From a virus: 64,000 bases of DNA. The stretch is taken from positions 9,110 to 73,109 of IMG/VR virus record IMGVR_UViG_3300027608_000024, one strand, 5' to 3'. Both the position numbers and the translations under genes were made by a program. This document shows positions 36,085 through 45,173 of this stretch, piece by piece; the first letter of the stretch is position 1, and the number at the start of each line of letters is the position of its first letter. The notes below the pieces were generated by a model. It was not told where the DNA came from. It was given only the letters and a program-made list of their open reading frames with translations, and searched no databases.

Positions 36085-36198
36085 TCACTTCTTCTTGGCT
36101 GCTGCTTTCTTCGCAGGAGCTGCCTTCTTCTTTGCAGGCCCTTTGCCATACCCGGGGTCCTTTTTGTCTTTCAAACCACATCCACATGCTGTACACAT
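36085..36198 (-). CDS. 37-aa Cys-motif, Lys/Ala-rich peptide
   Basis: GGGAGGT RBS; MCTACGCGLKDKKDPGYGKGPAKKKAAPAKKAAAKKK*. Confidence 0.75.
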   Translation of the reverse strand: MCTACGCGLKDKKDPGYGKGPAKKKAAPAKKAAAKKK

Positions 36199-36245
36199 AT
36201 TAGTTACCTCCCTTCCTGTATTTGCTTGTCTTCTTAGCAGCCATG

Positions 36246-36545
36246 TCAGCAATCCCAAGCGCGCAAAGACTTGTTAATACGAGAATTAGGATCGTTGGCT
36301 GTCTTGGATGAAGTGTTCTTCTTCTTCATGCCTTCCATGCGTGCACAGAAAGAATCACGACGCGCTGCTGACTTCTCAGACTTAGCTGCCTGTTCTTTCT
36401 TTACCGGTGGCTTAAGATTGCTTCCAGGGTTTGCCTTTTCATAAGACTTGCGTCCTTTTTCATTAAGGCCACCCTTTGGGTCTTTGCCCTCAGCACGCGA
36501 CCAAGCTGCTGTTTTCTTAGCCGGTGCTTTCTTTTTCTCTGCCAT
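36246..36545 (-). CDS. Small basic phage protein (DUF6321-like)
   Basis: AW.R.EGKDPKGGLNEKGR, RRDSFCARM, SLRAWDC. Confidence 0.75.
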   Translation of the reverse strand: MAEKKKAPAKKTAAWSRAEGKDPKGGLNEKGRKSYEKANPGSNLKPPVKKEQAAKSEKSAARRDSFCARMEGMKKKNTSSKTANDPNSRINKSLRAWDC

Positions 36546-36554
36546 TATGTCCCC

Positions 36555-36989
36555 TTACTTGGTTGAGGCACGGAGTTGCCATGCCCATTTTTTATGCATG
36601 TCAATGCGACCTGAAATAAAGTCTGCAATACCTTGTTCGTTGGCTTTTGTTGCCTTATCAAAAGAATCATTTAAAGTTTTAATAACAGATTCATTTGCTG
36701 TTGCAAGCGCCTTTGCCATTGCTTTAGGGGATGGCTCAACATCTTTAAAAGTAACGGTAGTTAGTTCCATGTATTTTTTAAGACTGAATGGAGCGTAGTC
36801 ATCAAGCTTACGAATGTTTTCTGCAATGGGGTCAATTGATCCGTAGGCATCTTCGTAGATGTCAGCAAAAAGAGAGTGGTACTGACTAAAGTCTTGGCCT
36901 TCTACGTTCCAGTGATATCCGTGGGCCATGAAATAAAAAGTTACTACATCTGAAACAAGCACCTTAAGTGACTTGATTAATTCGTTCAT
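36555..36989 (-). CDS. dps: Dps, DNA-protecting ferritin-like protein
   Basis: AHGYHWNVEG, H.LF.DIYED, D.IAENIRKL, HKKWAWQL. Confidence 0.93.
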   Translation of the reverse strand: MNELIKSLKVLVSDVVTFYFMAHGYHWNVEGQDFSQYHSLFADIYEDAYGSIDPIAENIRKLDDYAPFSLKKYMELTTVTFKDVEPSPKAMAKALATANESVIKTLNDSFDKATKANEQGIADFISGRIDMHKKWAWQLRASTK

Positions 36990-37093
36990 TAGGTCTCCTA
37001 AAAGGGCAAACGCCAGGGTAATAAGGATTGTACCCCATTAACCCCGGCGTTTGCTGACCTACAACCAGGTAGGAGAACCACCAACTTCCCGGT
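36990..37093 (-). ncRNA. Structured dps leader or short terminated sRNA
   Basis: Long hairpin 37054-37006 followed by CCUUUU; small hairpin CCUAC/GUAGG; anti-SD UCUCCUA. Confidence 0.5.
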
Positions 37094-37099
37094 GCAAAG

Positions 37100-37128
37100 A
37101 GTGTACCAGCGTCAAATTATATTTGCAA
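37100..37128 (-). promoter_or_regulatory. SigA-type promoter for the dps operon
   Basis: Minus strand TTGCAA-N17-TACACT with extended TGn. Confidence 0.7.
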
Positions 37129-37133
37129 CGCCG

Positions 37134-37162
37134 TTGCTAAGTACCTCAAAAGTGTGTACAGT
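37134..37162 (+). promoter_or_regulatory. SigA-type promoter for the replication operon
   Basis: TTGCTA-N17-TACAGT; same architecture at 62671-62699. Confidence 0.7.
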
Positions 37163-37171
37163 TTCCGACCC

Positions 37172-38398
37172 ATGACCACCAACCATTTCCAGGGGCCATT
37201 CTTGGCAGTTCCGCTTTGGGCGCATGAACTGATACGTGACTCTGGGCATTCTAGGGACATGCAAGTCTTATTATCTCTTATCGCTCTTATGGAGCGCCGT
37301 ACCAAAGAAGTTAGTGCTTCCGTACAACAGATTGCTGATTACTCTGTACTCTCCAAAGAGACTGTCAAGCGTTCCCTTAGGTGGCTAGAAGAGTCAGGTG
37401 TGGTTACAATTGGACGCCGTAAAAAGCCTTCAGTGAATGTTTACACAATTAACTATGCACCAGCAGATGGGGTCAGCGGTGACCCCATTAGGGCTGTGGA
37501 TAAGTGGGTAGATAGGGTCACCAGTGACCCTATGATGGGGTCAGCCGTGACCCCATCAAAACCACGTTTGGCCCATACTGCTTGCGGATTACGTGACTCT
37601 TCTATAGAAGTATTAAATATAGATACTAATAAGGTAAAGAAAGCCGCAAGCGGCCTGGAGGAAGAAATGATCTTAGGTGGAGACCCAGAGGAGGCCGAAG
37701 TGAAAGTGGAAACAAAGGTTAAGAAGAAGAGTCAAAGGAACGTCAACAGTCTGGTCACCCAGTTCATAAGTGACCCACGTACGATTATGAGCCACAGTTA
37801 TTCTTATAAGGAAATTATTATCTTACGTAAGACCCTTAACACCCTTAGAGACTCGGGCCTTACAGAGTTCACCGTTTCACAAATGATCAAGCGATTCCTT
37901 GACGTTGAGCACTGGCGTAATTCAGAAACACCAGTTTTAGTTTTTACCAACAAGGCAGTGCAGCAAAAACTCATGGACCAAGTTGACACTGAGGTTGTTA
38001 CAGAAGACCCAGTTCTTGCTTTGATGATGAGCGACTTTGAACGTGTCGGTATTAATTTGCCGTGGGATTATACAAACGATCAATTACTAAAGCGTGAAGT
38101 TATTCGTCACGGCATTGACATCTGCTACCGCTACCCTGAAGTTGTGGCAGAACTAATTAAAACCCACAATGGTGTACCAAGTACAAACTTTACTGCAACT
38201 TTGCGTGCGCTAAACTCTCTTGTAAGGGTTTTATCTGGCGAAGAAGATGGTGACTTAACCGAACTTCACGCTGCGGTGTCTTCTGTGAGTCTTCCACCAG
38301 AACTACACAAAACTTCAAAGAAAGATCTGCGCCCTGCGGCAGAATCTCTACTTGAAGCCGTGTACAACTACAGGAGAAGTACTCATGGACGAAAGTGA
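37172..38398 (+). CDS. Replication initiator, N-terminal winged HTH
   Basis: SVQQIADYSVLSKETVKRSLRWLEESGVV...NVYTI; internal iterons; upstream of DnaC/DnaB. Confidence 0.8.
   Translation: MTTNHFQGPFLAVPLWAHELIRDSGHSRDMQVLLSLIALMERRTKEVSASVQQIADYSVLSKETVKRSLRWLEESGVVTIGRRKKPSVNVYTINYAPADGVSGDPIRAVDKWVDRVTSDPMMGSAVTPSKPRLAHTACGLRDSSIEVLNIDTNKVKKAASGLEEEMILGGDPEEAEVKVETKVKKKSQRNVNSLVTQFISDPRTIMSHSYSYKEIIILRKTLNTLRDSGLTEFTVSQMIKRFLDVEHWRNSETPVLVFTNKAVQQKLMDQVDTEVVTEDPVLALMMSDFERVGINLPWDYTNDQLLKREVIRHGIDICYRYPEVVAELIKTHNGVPSTNFTATLRALNSLVRVLSGEEDGDLTELHAAVSSVSLPPELHKTSKKDLRPAAESLLEAVYNYRRSTHGRK
37467..37640. other. Putative replication origin: 3 palindromic iterons, DnaA box, AT-rich tract
   Basis: ATRGGGTCA-N4-TGACCCYAT at 37467, 37512 and 37535; TGTGGATAA at 37495; AT-rich 37600-37640. 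Confidence 0.8.
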
Positions 38399-38741
38399 AC
38401 CTATGTATGTCTTTGAAAACATAAACGACATTTTGATCTTTGCTCAATGGGTGCACGAGAATTTTGAGTCCCCCGAAGAGTACGAAGGTTGGTTTGAGCA
38501 TTCACTTGACTTAGCCGTCCCTTCAGAAGTTTTTTGTACTCGTCCACAAAAGAAAGTGGAAAAGATGCATGTCTGTGTAGAGTGCAAAGCCCAGTTCACA
38601 ACAAAGTCAGGATTAAGCATCCATCACAATGTTGTGCACACACGCAAGTTGGATAACGCAGAATTCTGGGACATAATCAAAACCACTTACAACGACCACA
38701 ACGAGGACCACAATGAGCCAAACATTTCAGACACCGACTGA
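38385..38741 (+). CDS. C2H2 zinc-finger protein
   Basis: AGGAG RBS; CVECKAQFTTKSGLSIHHNVVH. Confidence 0.75.
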   Translation: MDESEPMYVFENINDILIFAQWVHENFESPEEYEGWFEHSLDLAVPSEVFCTRPQKKVEKMHVCVECKAQFTTKSGLSIHHNVVHTRKLDNAEFWDIIKTTYNDHNEDHNEPNISDTD

Positions 38742-39297
38742 TTGGAAGTCAGCAGCTTGGTGGCGTAACCGTTCTCCAGAAGAACGTGTATTTCATTCTA
38801 AAATACCTCGCAGATTTGCTGACTGCGAAGATATCACTAACCCAAAGATTGCAAAATGGGTTATGGATTACAAACAAGGCGACAGCATTCTCATTCAGGG
38901 CAAGCCAGGAACTGGAAAATCAACAATGGCCCAAGCCGTACTTAGGGCGCTTGTTTTAGACAACCCTCTGTCAGGTCGCTTTGTCACATCCGATAGATAC
39001 ATTGAGATGCTCAAAGACCAGTTTGACAACGACAATCTTCTTCCAGAGATGTACTCAAGTCCATACCTGATTAAGTACATCCAAGGGGTCTTTGACATTG
39101 TTGTCCTTGACGGTGTTGGCCAAGAACGTGAAACAGAATTCTCAATCCATGAAATTGGTAGTTTGATTCGGCGTCGTCACGAAGACATGCGCACAACAAT
39201 CATTACAACAACTCTTGGAGTCTCTGACTTTACACGTCGCTACGGTGACCGTGTTAAAAGTGCCGTGCTTGACATGGTGGAAGTCAAGGTTGTGTGA
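38713..39297 (+). CDS. DnaC/IstB-like helicase loader ATPase
   Basis: IPRRF, GKPGTGKS, VVLDGVGQE, TIITT, YGDRV.S. Confidence 0.85.
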   Translation: MSQTFQTPTDWKSAAWWRNRSPEERVFHSKIPRRFADCEDITNPKIAKWVMDYKQGDSILIQGKPGTGKSTMAQAVLRALVLDNPLSGRFVTSDRYIEMLKDQFDNDNLLPEMYSSPYLIKYIQGVFDIVVLDGVGQERETEFSIHEIGSLIRRRHEDMRTTIITTTLGVSDFTRRYGDRVKSAVLDMVEVKVV

Positions 39298-39737
39298 TGG
39301 AGGCTGGAGACATTGGAGTTGGCTCACGCATTGGGCAAGCATGTGTTTTTGAGGGCGTACTAGCATCACCACCTGTAGGTGTTGCACTTGTTAAAGAGAA
39401 ATATCACATTCGCCGTGGCTCTTGGGACGATGCATTAAAGCTTTGGACACCTAACGAACTCCCACTGAAGTCTTTAATTGATTCATCCGAAAGAATGGGG
39501 ATTGCTACCGACATCATTACATTCCTTGACGCAGACGCAGTTGAACCAATGTACAGGTGGCTTGTAAGAAAAGGAATACACCTAGCGGTAGTTCACTATG
39601 ACACACCCGAACTGTACGCTGAAGATCTTAAGTACAACCGTGGCGTAAAGGTTGTCTACACACCCAACAAAGAAATTGCTTACACACTTGGCATGCGAGC
39701 CACGGTAGTTAGCCCCAAATCGGCCTGGAGACTCTGA
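39294..39737 (+). CDS. Degenerate HAD-like protein
   Basis: CVFEGVL where HAD enzymes have DxDGxL. Confidence 0.5.
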   Translation: MMEAGDIGVGSRIGQACVFEGVLASPPVGVALVKEKYHIRRGSWDDALKLWTPNELPLKSLIDSSERMGIATDIITFLDADAVEPMYRWLVRKGIHLAVVHYDTPELYAEDLKYNRGVKVVYTPNKEIAYTLGMRATVVSPKSAWRL

Positions 39738-40990
39738 TGGCATCTAGTGAACTTTACTTAGTTTCAAAAGTCATTCTTGAAAAAGAAACAAACATACCTA
39801 TTCGTGCTGGGCTAAAGCCAGACCACCTAACTGGTGAGTGGCAAGGTGTATGGCAGTGGATCTTAGAGTTCCAACGTGCTCATGGTTCTGTACCTACTGA
39901 GCGTGTATTCATGCAACAGTTTGGTGGCATCACCTTACATGACGTCAAGGACGAACCATTCTCAAGATTGCTTGATGAAATCTTTGATGCTTACCGCAAG
40001 CGTTGCATGCTGGACGCATTACAACCAGCAATCAATGCACTCAACGACGATGACATTGACAAAGCAATGTCAACACTTGCGTCGGGTTTACAGAAAGCAA
40101 GTGTTGAAGCTTCTAGGTTGCGTGACGTAGACATTATTCAAAACTACGAGAACCGTCTTAACCGCTATGAAGAGATGCGCTTACAACCAAACGCACTACG
40201 CGGAATCCCTACAGGATTTCATGGTCTTGACAAGATCACGCATGGCCTACGCCCACAGCAGTTCATTGTCTTTGCAGGTGAGCCTAAGCGTGGTAAATCT
40301 TTGTTTGCCTTGATCGTTGCTAACTCAGCGCACATCTACGGCAAGCGCCCTCTCTTCGTGTCCTTTGAAATGAGCATTGAAGAACAGGAGGCTCGCTACG
40401 ACGCTTTGATTGCAAAAGTACCGTATGGCCGAATCCTTGCTGGAGATCTCACGAACAAGGACATGGAGAAAATTCGTAAAGCATTATCCATCCGCAAACA
40501 CATGCAACCGTTTGTGTTCAGTGAGGACACCGCTTCTCTAACAACTGTTAGCGGGCTTGCTGGAAAAGTACAAGAGTACCAACCGGACTTGCTAGTCGTG
40601 GACGGCGTGTACCTAATGGATGACGAAGAGGGCGAAGCAAAAGGTTCACCTCAAGCACTCACCAATATCACTCGTTCACTAAAACGACTTGCACAAAGGT
40701 TTGACATTCCTGTAGTTGCCACAACCCAAGTACTGTCTTGGAAACTAGGGAACAAGAAGACGCGTGCGGTAACAGCAGACGCAATTGGTTACACCTCCTC
40801 ATTCGCTCAAGACGCCGACTTAATCCTTGGTGTTGAGCGCAACCCAGACATGGATGACCAAGCAATCATCAGAGTTGTACTAGCAAGGTCTTCGCCAAAT
40901 GGTGAAGTACACATCAAGTGGGATTGGACAACAATGGAGTTTGAGGAGGTATACGAGAATGGCGCAGACTTCGACCCCTCTTTCGACTGA
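39737..40990 (+). CDS. dnaB: Replicative DNA helicase
   Basis: GIPTGF..LD, AGEPKRGKS, SFEMS, VVDGVYLM, QDAD. Confidence 0.93.
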   Translation: MASSELYLVSKVILEKETNIPIRAGLKPDHLTGEWQGVWQWILEFQRAHGSVPTERVFMQQFGGITLHDVKDEPFSRLLDEIFDAYRKRCMLDALQPAINALNDDDIDKAMSTLASGLQKASVEASRLRDVDIIQNYENRLNRYEEMRLQPNALRGIPTGFHGLDKITHGLRPQQFIVFAGEPKRGKSLFALIVANSAHIYGKRPLFVSFEMSIEEQEARYDALIAKVPYGRILAGDLTNKDMEKIRKALSIRKHMQPFVFSEDTASLTTVSGLAGKVQEYQPDLLVVDGVYLMDDEEGEAKGSPQALTNITRSLKRLAQRFDIPVVATTQVLSWKLGNKKTRAVTADAIGYTSSFAQDADLILGVERNPDMDDQAIIRVVLARSSPNGEVHIKWDWTTMEFEEVYENGADFDPSFD

Positions 40991-41876
40991 TGTTGCTCTA
41001 ATCCTTGAAACAGCAGGAGTAGAGATATCCAAGATTGGTGACAGGGAAATTACAGGCAAGTGCCCAGTCCACATCCACACAACTGGCCGTGCTGACAACT
41101 CTCCGTCATGGAGCATCAACTCCTCCAGTGGCTTATGGATCTGCTTCTCGTGTGGCGCTCGCGGCACCTTGTCGTCATTGCTCTACCAGCTAATTGGTGA
41201 TAGCTCCATATCGGCACAGCAGTTTCTTATTAATGCTGGAATGCAGCGTTTGACGGATGGGCCAAAGCCACTTGAACTAACCCCGCTTGTAAACCCAGAT
41301 GCGTTTTTAAAGTTTGATCGTGTATCCGATAAGCGTTGCCTATCTAAGAACCTAAACCCAGAACTGGTTTACAGGCATGGTGTTAGGTGGAACACATCTA
41401 ATAAGACATGGGCCTTGCCGATTATCTCAGCTACTGGGCAACTTAAAGGCTGGCAGGAAAAGAAACCAGGATGGGTTCGTAACTTTCCTGTTGGTGTAGA
41501 AAAAGGCAAAACCCTGTTTGGCATTGAAAGGTTCCGTGGACGAACAGCCGTTCTGGTAGAGTCTCCTTTAGACATTGTTAGGTTTGCAGATGTCTTTTCT
41601 AAACCAAGTGCTCTAGCTTCATTTGGTGCACAAGTTAGTAGGGCTCAAATGGATTTACTTTTACATGTTGCTGATTCAGTTGTTGTTGCAATGGACAACG
41701 ACCAGGCAGGTATTGAATCAAGCAAGAAGCTTTACAAGTTTATGGGTACGCCCCGCAAAGGCATCAAGTGGTGGAACTACAGCAACACCGAAGCTAAAGA
41801 TATAGGCGACATGACAGACGAAGAGATTGAAGAAGGATTACTAACAGCAACAGTAGTTCCTCCCTGGATTGGCTAA
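40959..41876 (+). CDS. DNA primase (CHC2 zinc finger plus TOPRIM)
   Basis: CPVH...CFSCG; LVESPLD; MDNDQAG; KDIGD; GAGGAGG RBS. Confidence 0.9.
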   Translation: MAQTSTPLSTDVALILETAGVEISKIGDREITGKCPVHIHTTGRADNSPSWSINSSSGLWICFSCGARGTLSSLLYQLIGDSSISAQQFLINAGMQRLTDGPKPLELTPLVNPDAFLKFDRVSDKRCLSKNLNPELVYRHGVRWNTSNKTWALPIISATGQLKGWQEKKPGWVRNFPVGVEKGKTLFGIERFRGRTAVLVESPLDIVRFADVFSKPSALASFGAQVSRAQMDLLLHVADSVVVAMDNDQAGIESSKKLYKFMGTPRKGIKWWNYSNTEAKDIGDMTDEEIEEGLLTATVVPPWIG

Positions 41877-43423
41877 TGTTTAACGGAAAGCTGTACCCAT
41901 ATCAAGAAGAGTCAGTTGACCGCATGGTTGACCGTGGCCAGATGCTCTTAGGTCTTGTTATGGGCGCAGGTAAGACAGTCACAACTATTGCTTGCATTGA
42001 GCAGCTCATGGAAGCTAACGAAGTTGAAAAGTGCCTAGTCATAGTTCCCTCATCCCTCAAGTATCAGTGGAAACGCGAGATTGAACGTTTCACAAACTCA
42101 CGAGTCATTGTCATTGACGGTACGCCCAAAACCAGGGAAAAAGCATGGAGAGCAACCCTCTCAGCTAAGTACATTATTGCTAACCCTGAGACACTTATAC
42201 GAGATTCGTCTCACTGTCTTAAAGTCAACTTCCAATCAGTTGTTGTTGACGAAGCAACAATCATTAAGTCTAGGGTCAGCAAACGCTCAAAGATGATTAA
42301 AAAGATTGGCAAGAGGGTGCACTATAGGTTTGCCCTTACTGGCCAGCCAATTGAAAACAGGCCAGAAGAGTTGTTCTCAATTATGGAGTTTGTTGACCCA
42401 GATGTACTTGGTCGGTTTGACCTGTTTGACAGGACGTTTATTGTTAGGGACCACTACGGTAAAGCAACTAGGTACAGGAACTTAAAGTCTTTGCACGAGT
42501 CAATGAGCGAATGCATGGTTCGTAAAACACGCGAGGACATTGCAGACCAACTGCCAAACATTATTCATCAAACCATCCCAGTTCCTTTTGATGCGGCAGG
42601 GGCTAGTCTTTACAGAACCATATCAACTGACCTTCTTAATGAGCTTCAAAAGGTTCTTAATACCCATGGTGCTGGATTTAACTTGTGGAAACACTATAAC
42701 GACCCAGCTTCTAATGAGGCCCAAGGTCAGATTATGTCTCGCCTAACCGTATTGCGGATGCTATGCGATAACCCCCATTTAGTAACAAGGTCAGCTGCAG
42801 CATACGCCGACCCCAACAGACCCAACCAAGGTAGTGCTTATGCAGACGCAATTACTAAAAAAGGTTTTGTAACCCCAAACCTCGGTTCCCCAAAACTAGA
42901 TGCCGTGATGGACTACATCACTCAAGTTCTTGACGAAGACCCAAAGAACAAGGTAGTTCTTTTTTCATTCTTTAAAGAAAACTTAAAGCTTCTAAAAGCA
43001 GCTACCGCCCGCATCACTAACAGTGTTCTTTTTACAGGGGACATGTCATCAGAAGAAAAAGACCAAGCCAAGCAACAATTTTCCAACGACCCTAACACTC
43101 GGCTCTTCTTATCATCAGACGCTGGTGGTTACGGCGTTGACCTACCCATGGCTAACTATTTAATCTCTTATGACCTTCCTTGGAGTAGCGGCAAGCTTGA
43201 ACAAAGAGAAGCTCGTATCATTAGGTTGTCTTCACAATTCTCTCATGTTACGATTGCCACGTTCGTCATGCAAGGTTCCATTGAAGAAAGACAATACGAG
43301 ATGCTTCAGCAGAAGCGTTCAATCAATGAAGCTTTCGTTGACGGAAAACATCACGACATTCGTGGTGGATTTGACATCATGTTAGGTAGTCTTACATCCT
43401 TCCTAAGAGAATCACAGGTTTAA
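41876..43423 (+). CDS. SNF2-family helicase
   Basis: LYPYQ, MGAGKT, VVDEA, LTGQPIEN, AGGYGVDL, QREARIIR. Confidence 0.92.
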   Translation: MFNGKLYPYQEESVDRMVDRGQMLLGLVMGAGKTVTTIACIEQLMEANEVEKCLVIVPSSLKYQWKREIERFTNSRVIVIDGTPKTREKAWRATLSAKYIIANPETLIRDSSHCLKVNFQSVVVDEATIIKSRVSKRSKMIKKIGKRVHYRFALTGQPIENRPEELFSIMEFVDPDVLGRFDLFDRTFIVRDHYGKATRYRNLKSLHESMSECMVRKTREDIADQLPNIIHQTIPVPFDAAGASLYRTISTDLLNELQKVLNTHGAGFNLWKHYNDPASNEAQGQIMSRLTVLRMLCDNPHLVTRSAAAYADPNRPNQGSAYADAITKKGFVTPNLGSPKLDAVMDYITQVLDEDPKNKVVLFSFFKENLKLLKAATARITNSVLFTGDMSSEEKDQAKQQFSNDPNTRLFLSSDAGGYGVDLPMANYLISYDLPWSSGKLEQREARIIRLSSQFSHVTIATFVMQGSIEERQYEMLQQKRSINEAFVDGKHHDIRGGFDIMLGSLTSFLRESQV

Positions 43424-43424
43424 A

Positions 43425-43847
43425 ATGTCAGACAAAATTGACAAAGATACTATTAGTCGGTTAATTGAGGAATACAAAAACTCAAGACACATGGCAGACA
43501 AAGTTCAAGCACGAGTTGATGAGTTTAAAAAAGAACTAACTCGCTTAGTGAAGATGCACGGCAAGCCTGATGACAGGGGACACCTATGGTTGCCTGGTTT
43601 AGAGAACCAGGTAAAGCACGAACGTCGCGTAAGCAAATCTTTTGACCTTCAGTCCGCAAAAGAATGGGCTAAAGAAATTGGAATCTGGGATGAAGTTAAA
43701 GAGGTAGTTGAAACTACCAGCGAAGACCAGATTTTAAAGTACGTGTGGTCACACCCAGAGCATGAGTCCACCCTTGCCTCTTTCTATAGCGAGAAAGAGT
43801 CATGGGCATTTAAAGTAGTTGATCAAAAGAGCTACGACGATGAGTAA
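43425..43847 (+). CDS. Hypothetical protein
   Basis: 140-aa ORF within the operon. Confidence 0.7.
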   Translation: MSDKIDKDTISRLIEEYKNSRHMADKVQARVDEFKKELTRLVKMHGKPDDRGHLWLPGLENQVKHERRVSKSFDLQSAKEWAKEIGIWDEVKEVVETTSEDQILKYVWSHPEHESTLASFYSEKESWAFKVVDQKSYDDE

Positions 43848-44025
43848 TTTGTACAACCCATACACAAAGCCAAAAAAAGAAGAAAACCCTCATATGCCTG
43901 CCAAAGATCAGCTTATGATTGAAAACAAGATGCTGGTAAAAAAAGTGCGTGAGTTAAGAGCAGAAGTTGAATTACTTAAAGCGGTAATCCAAGATTTAGA
44001 CGAAGAGTATTTTAATGAATCGTGA
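43840..44025 (+). CDS. Small coiled-coil protein
   Basis: ENKMLVKKVRELRAEVELLK. Confidence 0.6.
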   Translation: MSNLYNPYTKPKKEENPHMPAKDQLMIENKMLVKKVRELRAEVELLKAVIQDLDEEYFNES

Positions 44026-44452
44026 CCCTCTTGCTTTCTTTAATAGCCTTCCAGACTTTCCTGGAAAGACTGCACCGAAGAACCGCAAGATTGTTTCAAA
44101 AGATCCTTTAGCTGAAGATAGGCTTAATGGCGCTAAGTCAAAGATTATGAAGATCAATGGCGTTGACAGACAGTTTTTTACAGTAGGTGAATTAGCTAAG
44201 GCAGTTAACCGTAAGCCCGTTACAATCAGGTCATGGGAATTGAACGGTTGGTTGCCAAAAGCCAAGTACCGAACACCAGCACCCAAGGGAACACAAATTC
44301 CTGGAAAAGTTGCAAAAGGACGTAGGCTTTACTCGCTAGAGCAAGTAGAGTTTCTACTAACCGCGCTGTTGCGGTTTGAGATAGACAACCCAGCGAAGGC
44401 CAACTGGGACGGCTTCAGACAGCACATAAAAAACCAATGGCCCAACGATTAA
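44015..44452 (+). CDS. MerR-like HTH DNA-binding protein
   Basis: FTVGELAKAVNRKPVTIRSWELNGWLP...RRLYS. Confidence 0.8.
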   Translation: MNRDPLAFFNSLPDFPGKTAPKNRKIVSKDPLAEDRLNGAKSKIMKINGVDRQFFTVGELAKAVNRKPVTIRSWELNGWLPKAKYRTPAPKGTQIPGKVAKGRRLYSLEQVEFLLTALLRFEIDNPAKANWDGFRQHIKNQWPND

Positions 44453-44463
44453 GGAAAAACATT

Positions 44464-45168
44464 ATGAGCAGATACGAAGATGACGAAAACGAGATTGTTG
44501 AGGATGCACCAGTACGTGCACCCAAGACAGCCAAGTTGGTAGTTGAAGATATTGAAGAAGAGGAAGAGCGACCCGCTTCTGCCTCTAGGGTAATCCGTCG
44601 TGGTTGGGGTGCAGCAGATTCTGTCAAGCACGCCGACTCACCATACGCACAACGGTTGCGTGTAATGGAAGATCCCATTGTCATCAAGTTCCTTGAAGAC
44701 GAACCCTACGCCTCTTACCGCCAGCACTGGGTAGAGCGTTCAGGTCAGAAGTCATTCACTTGCATTGCGGACATTGACCCTAAGGGTTGTCCTCTTTGTG
44801 ACGCAGGTAGCCGTCCGTCAACACGCTTTGCATTTAACGTAGTTTTGCTTAGCCCAGACAGCGACTCAACAATCAAGTCCTACGAAGTAGGCCCACGAGT
44901 AATTGACCAACTTAAGAACTTTCACAACGATCCTCGTCAGGGACCTTTGTCAAAGCACTTTTGGGCAGTCAGCCGTTCGGGTAAGGGCGCAACATCCGCT
45001 ACCAATCATCAGTTGGTAAAGGACCGCGACCTTGAAGAGTGGAACCTCACTGAGCCAACTGCGGAAGAACTTAAAGACTTCCGTAACAAGTCCTACACTC
45101 CGGACATCATTCAGATTCCTTCTCGCAAGGATCTCCAGCAGATTGCTCTTGAAGATCTGGACGACTGA
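44464..45168 (+). CDS. Single-stranded DNA-binding protein (gp32-like)
   Basis: IKFL, QHW, C....CPLC, FAFNV; acidic terminus; upstream of the polymerase. Confidence 0.7.
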   Translation: MSRYEDDENEIVEDAPVRAPKTAKLVVEDIEEEEERPASASRVIRRGWGAADSVKHADSPYAQRLRVMEDPIVIKFLEDEPYASYRQHWVERSGQKSFTCIADIDPKGCPLCDAGSRPSTRFAFNVVLLSPDSDSTIKSYEVGPRVIDQLKNFHNDPRQGPLSKHFWAVSRSGKGATSATNHQLVKDRDLEEWNLTEPTAEELKDFRNKSYTPDIIQIPSRKDLQQIALEDLDD

Positions 45169-45173
45169 TATCC

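Noticed and set aside
36059-36798. + strand ORFs 36059-36277 and 36448-36798
   Set aside because: They are shadows of the minus-strand dps operon, which has RBSs and recognisable products.
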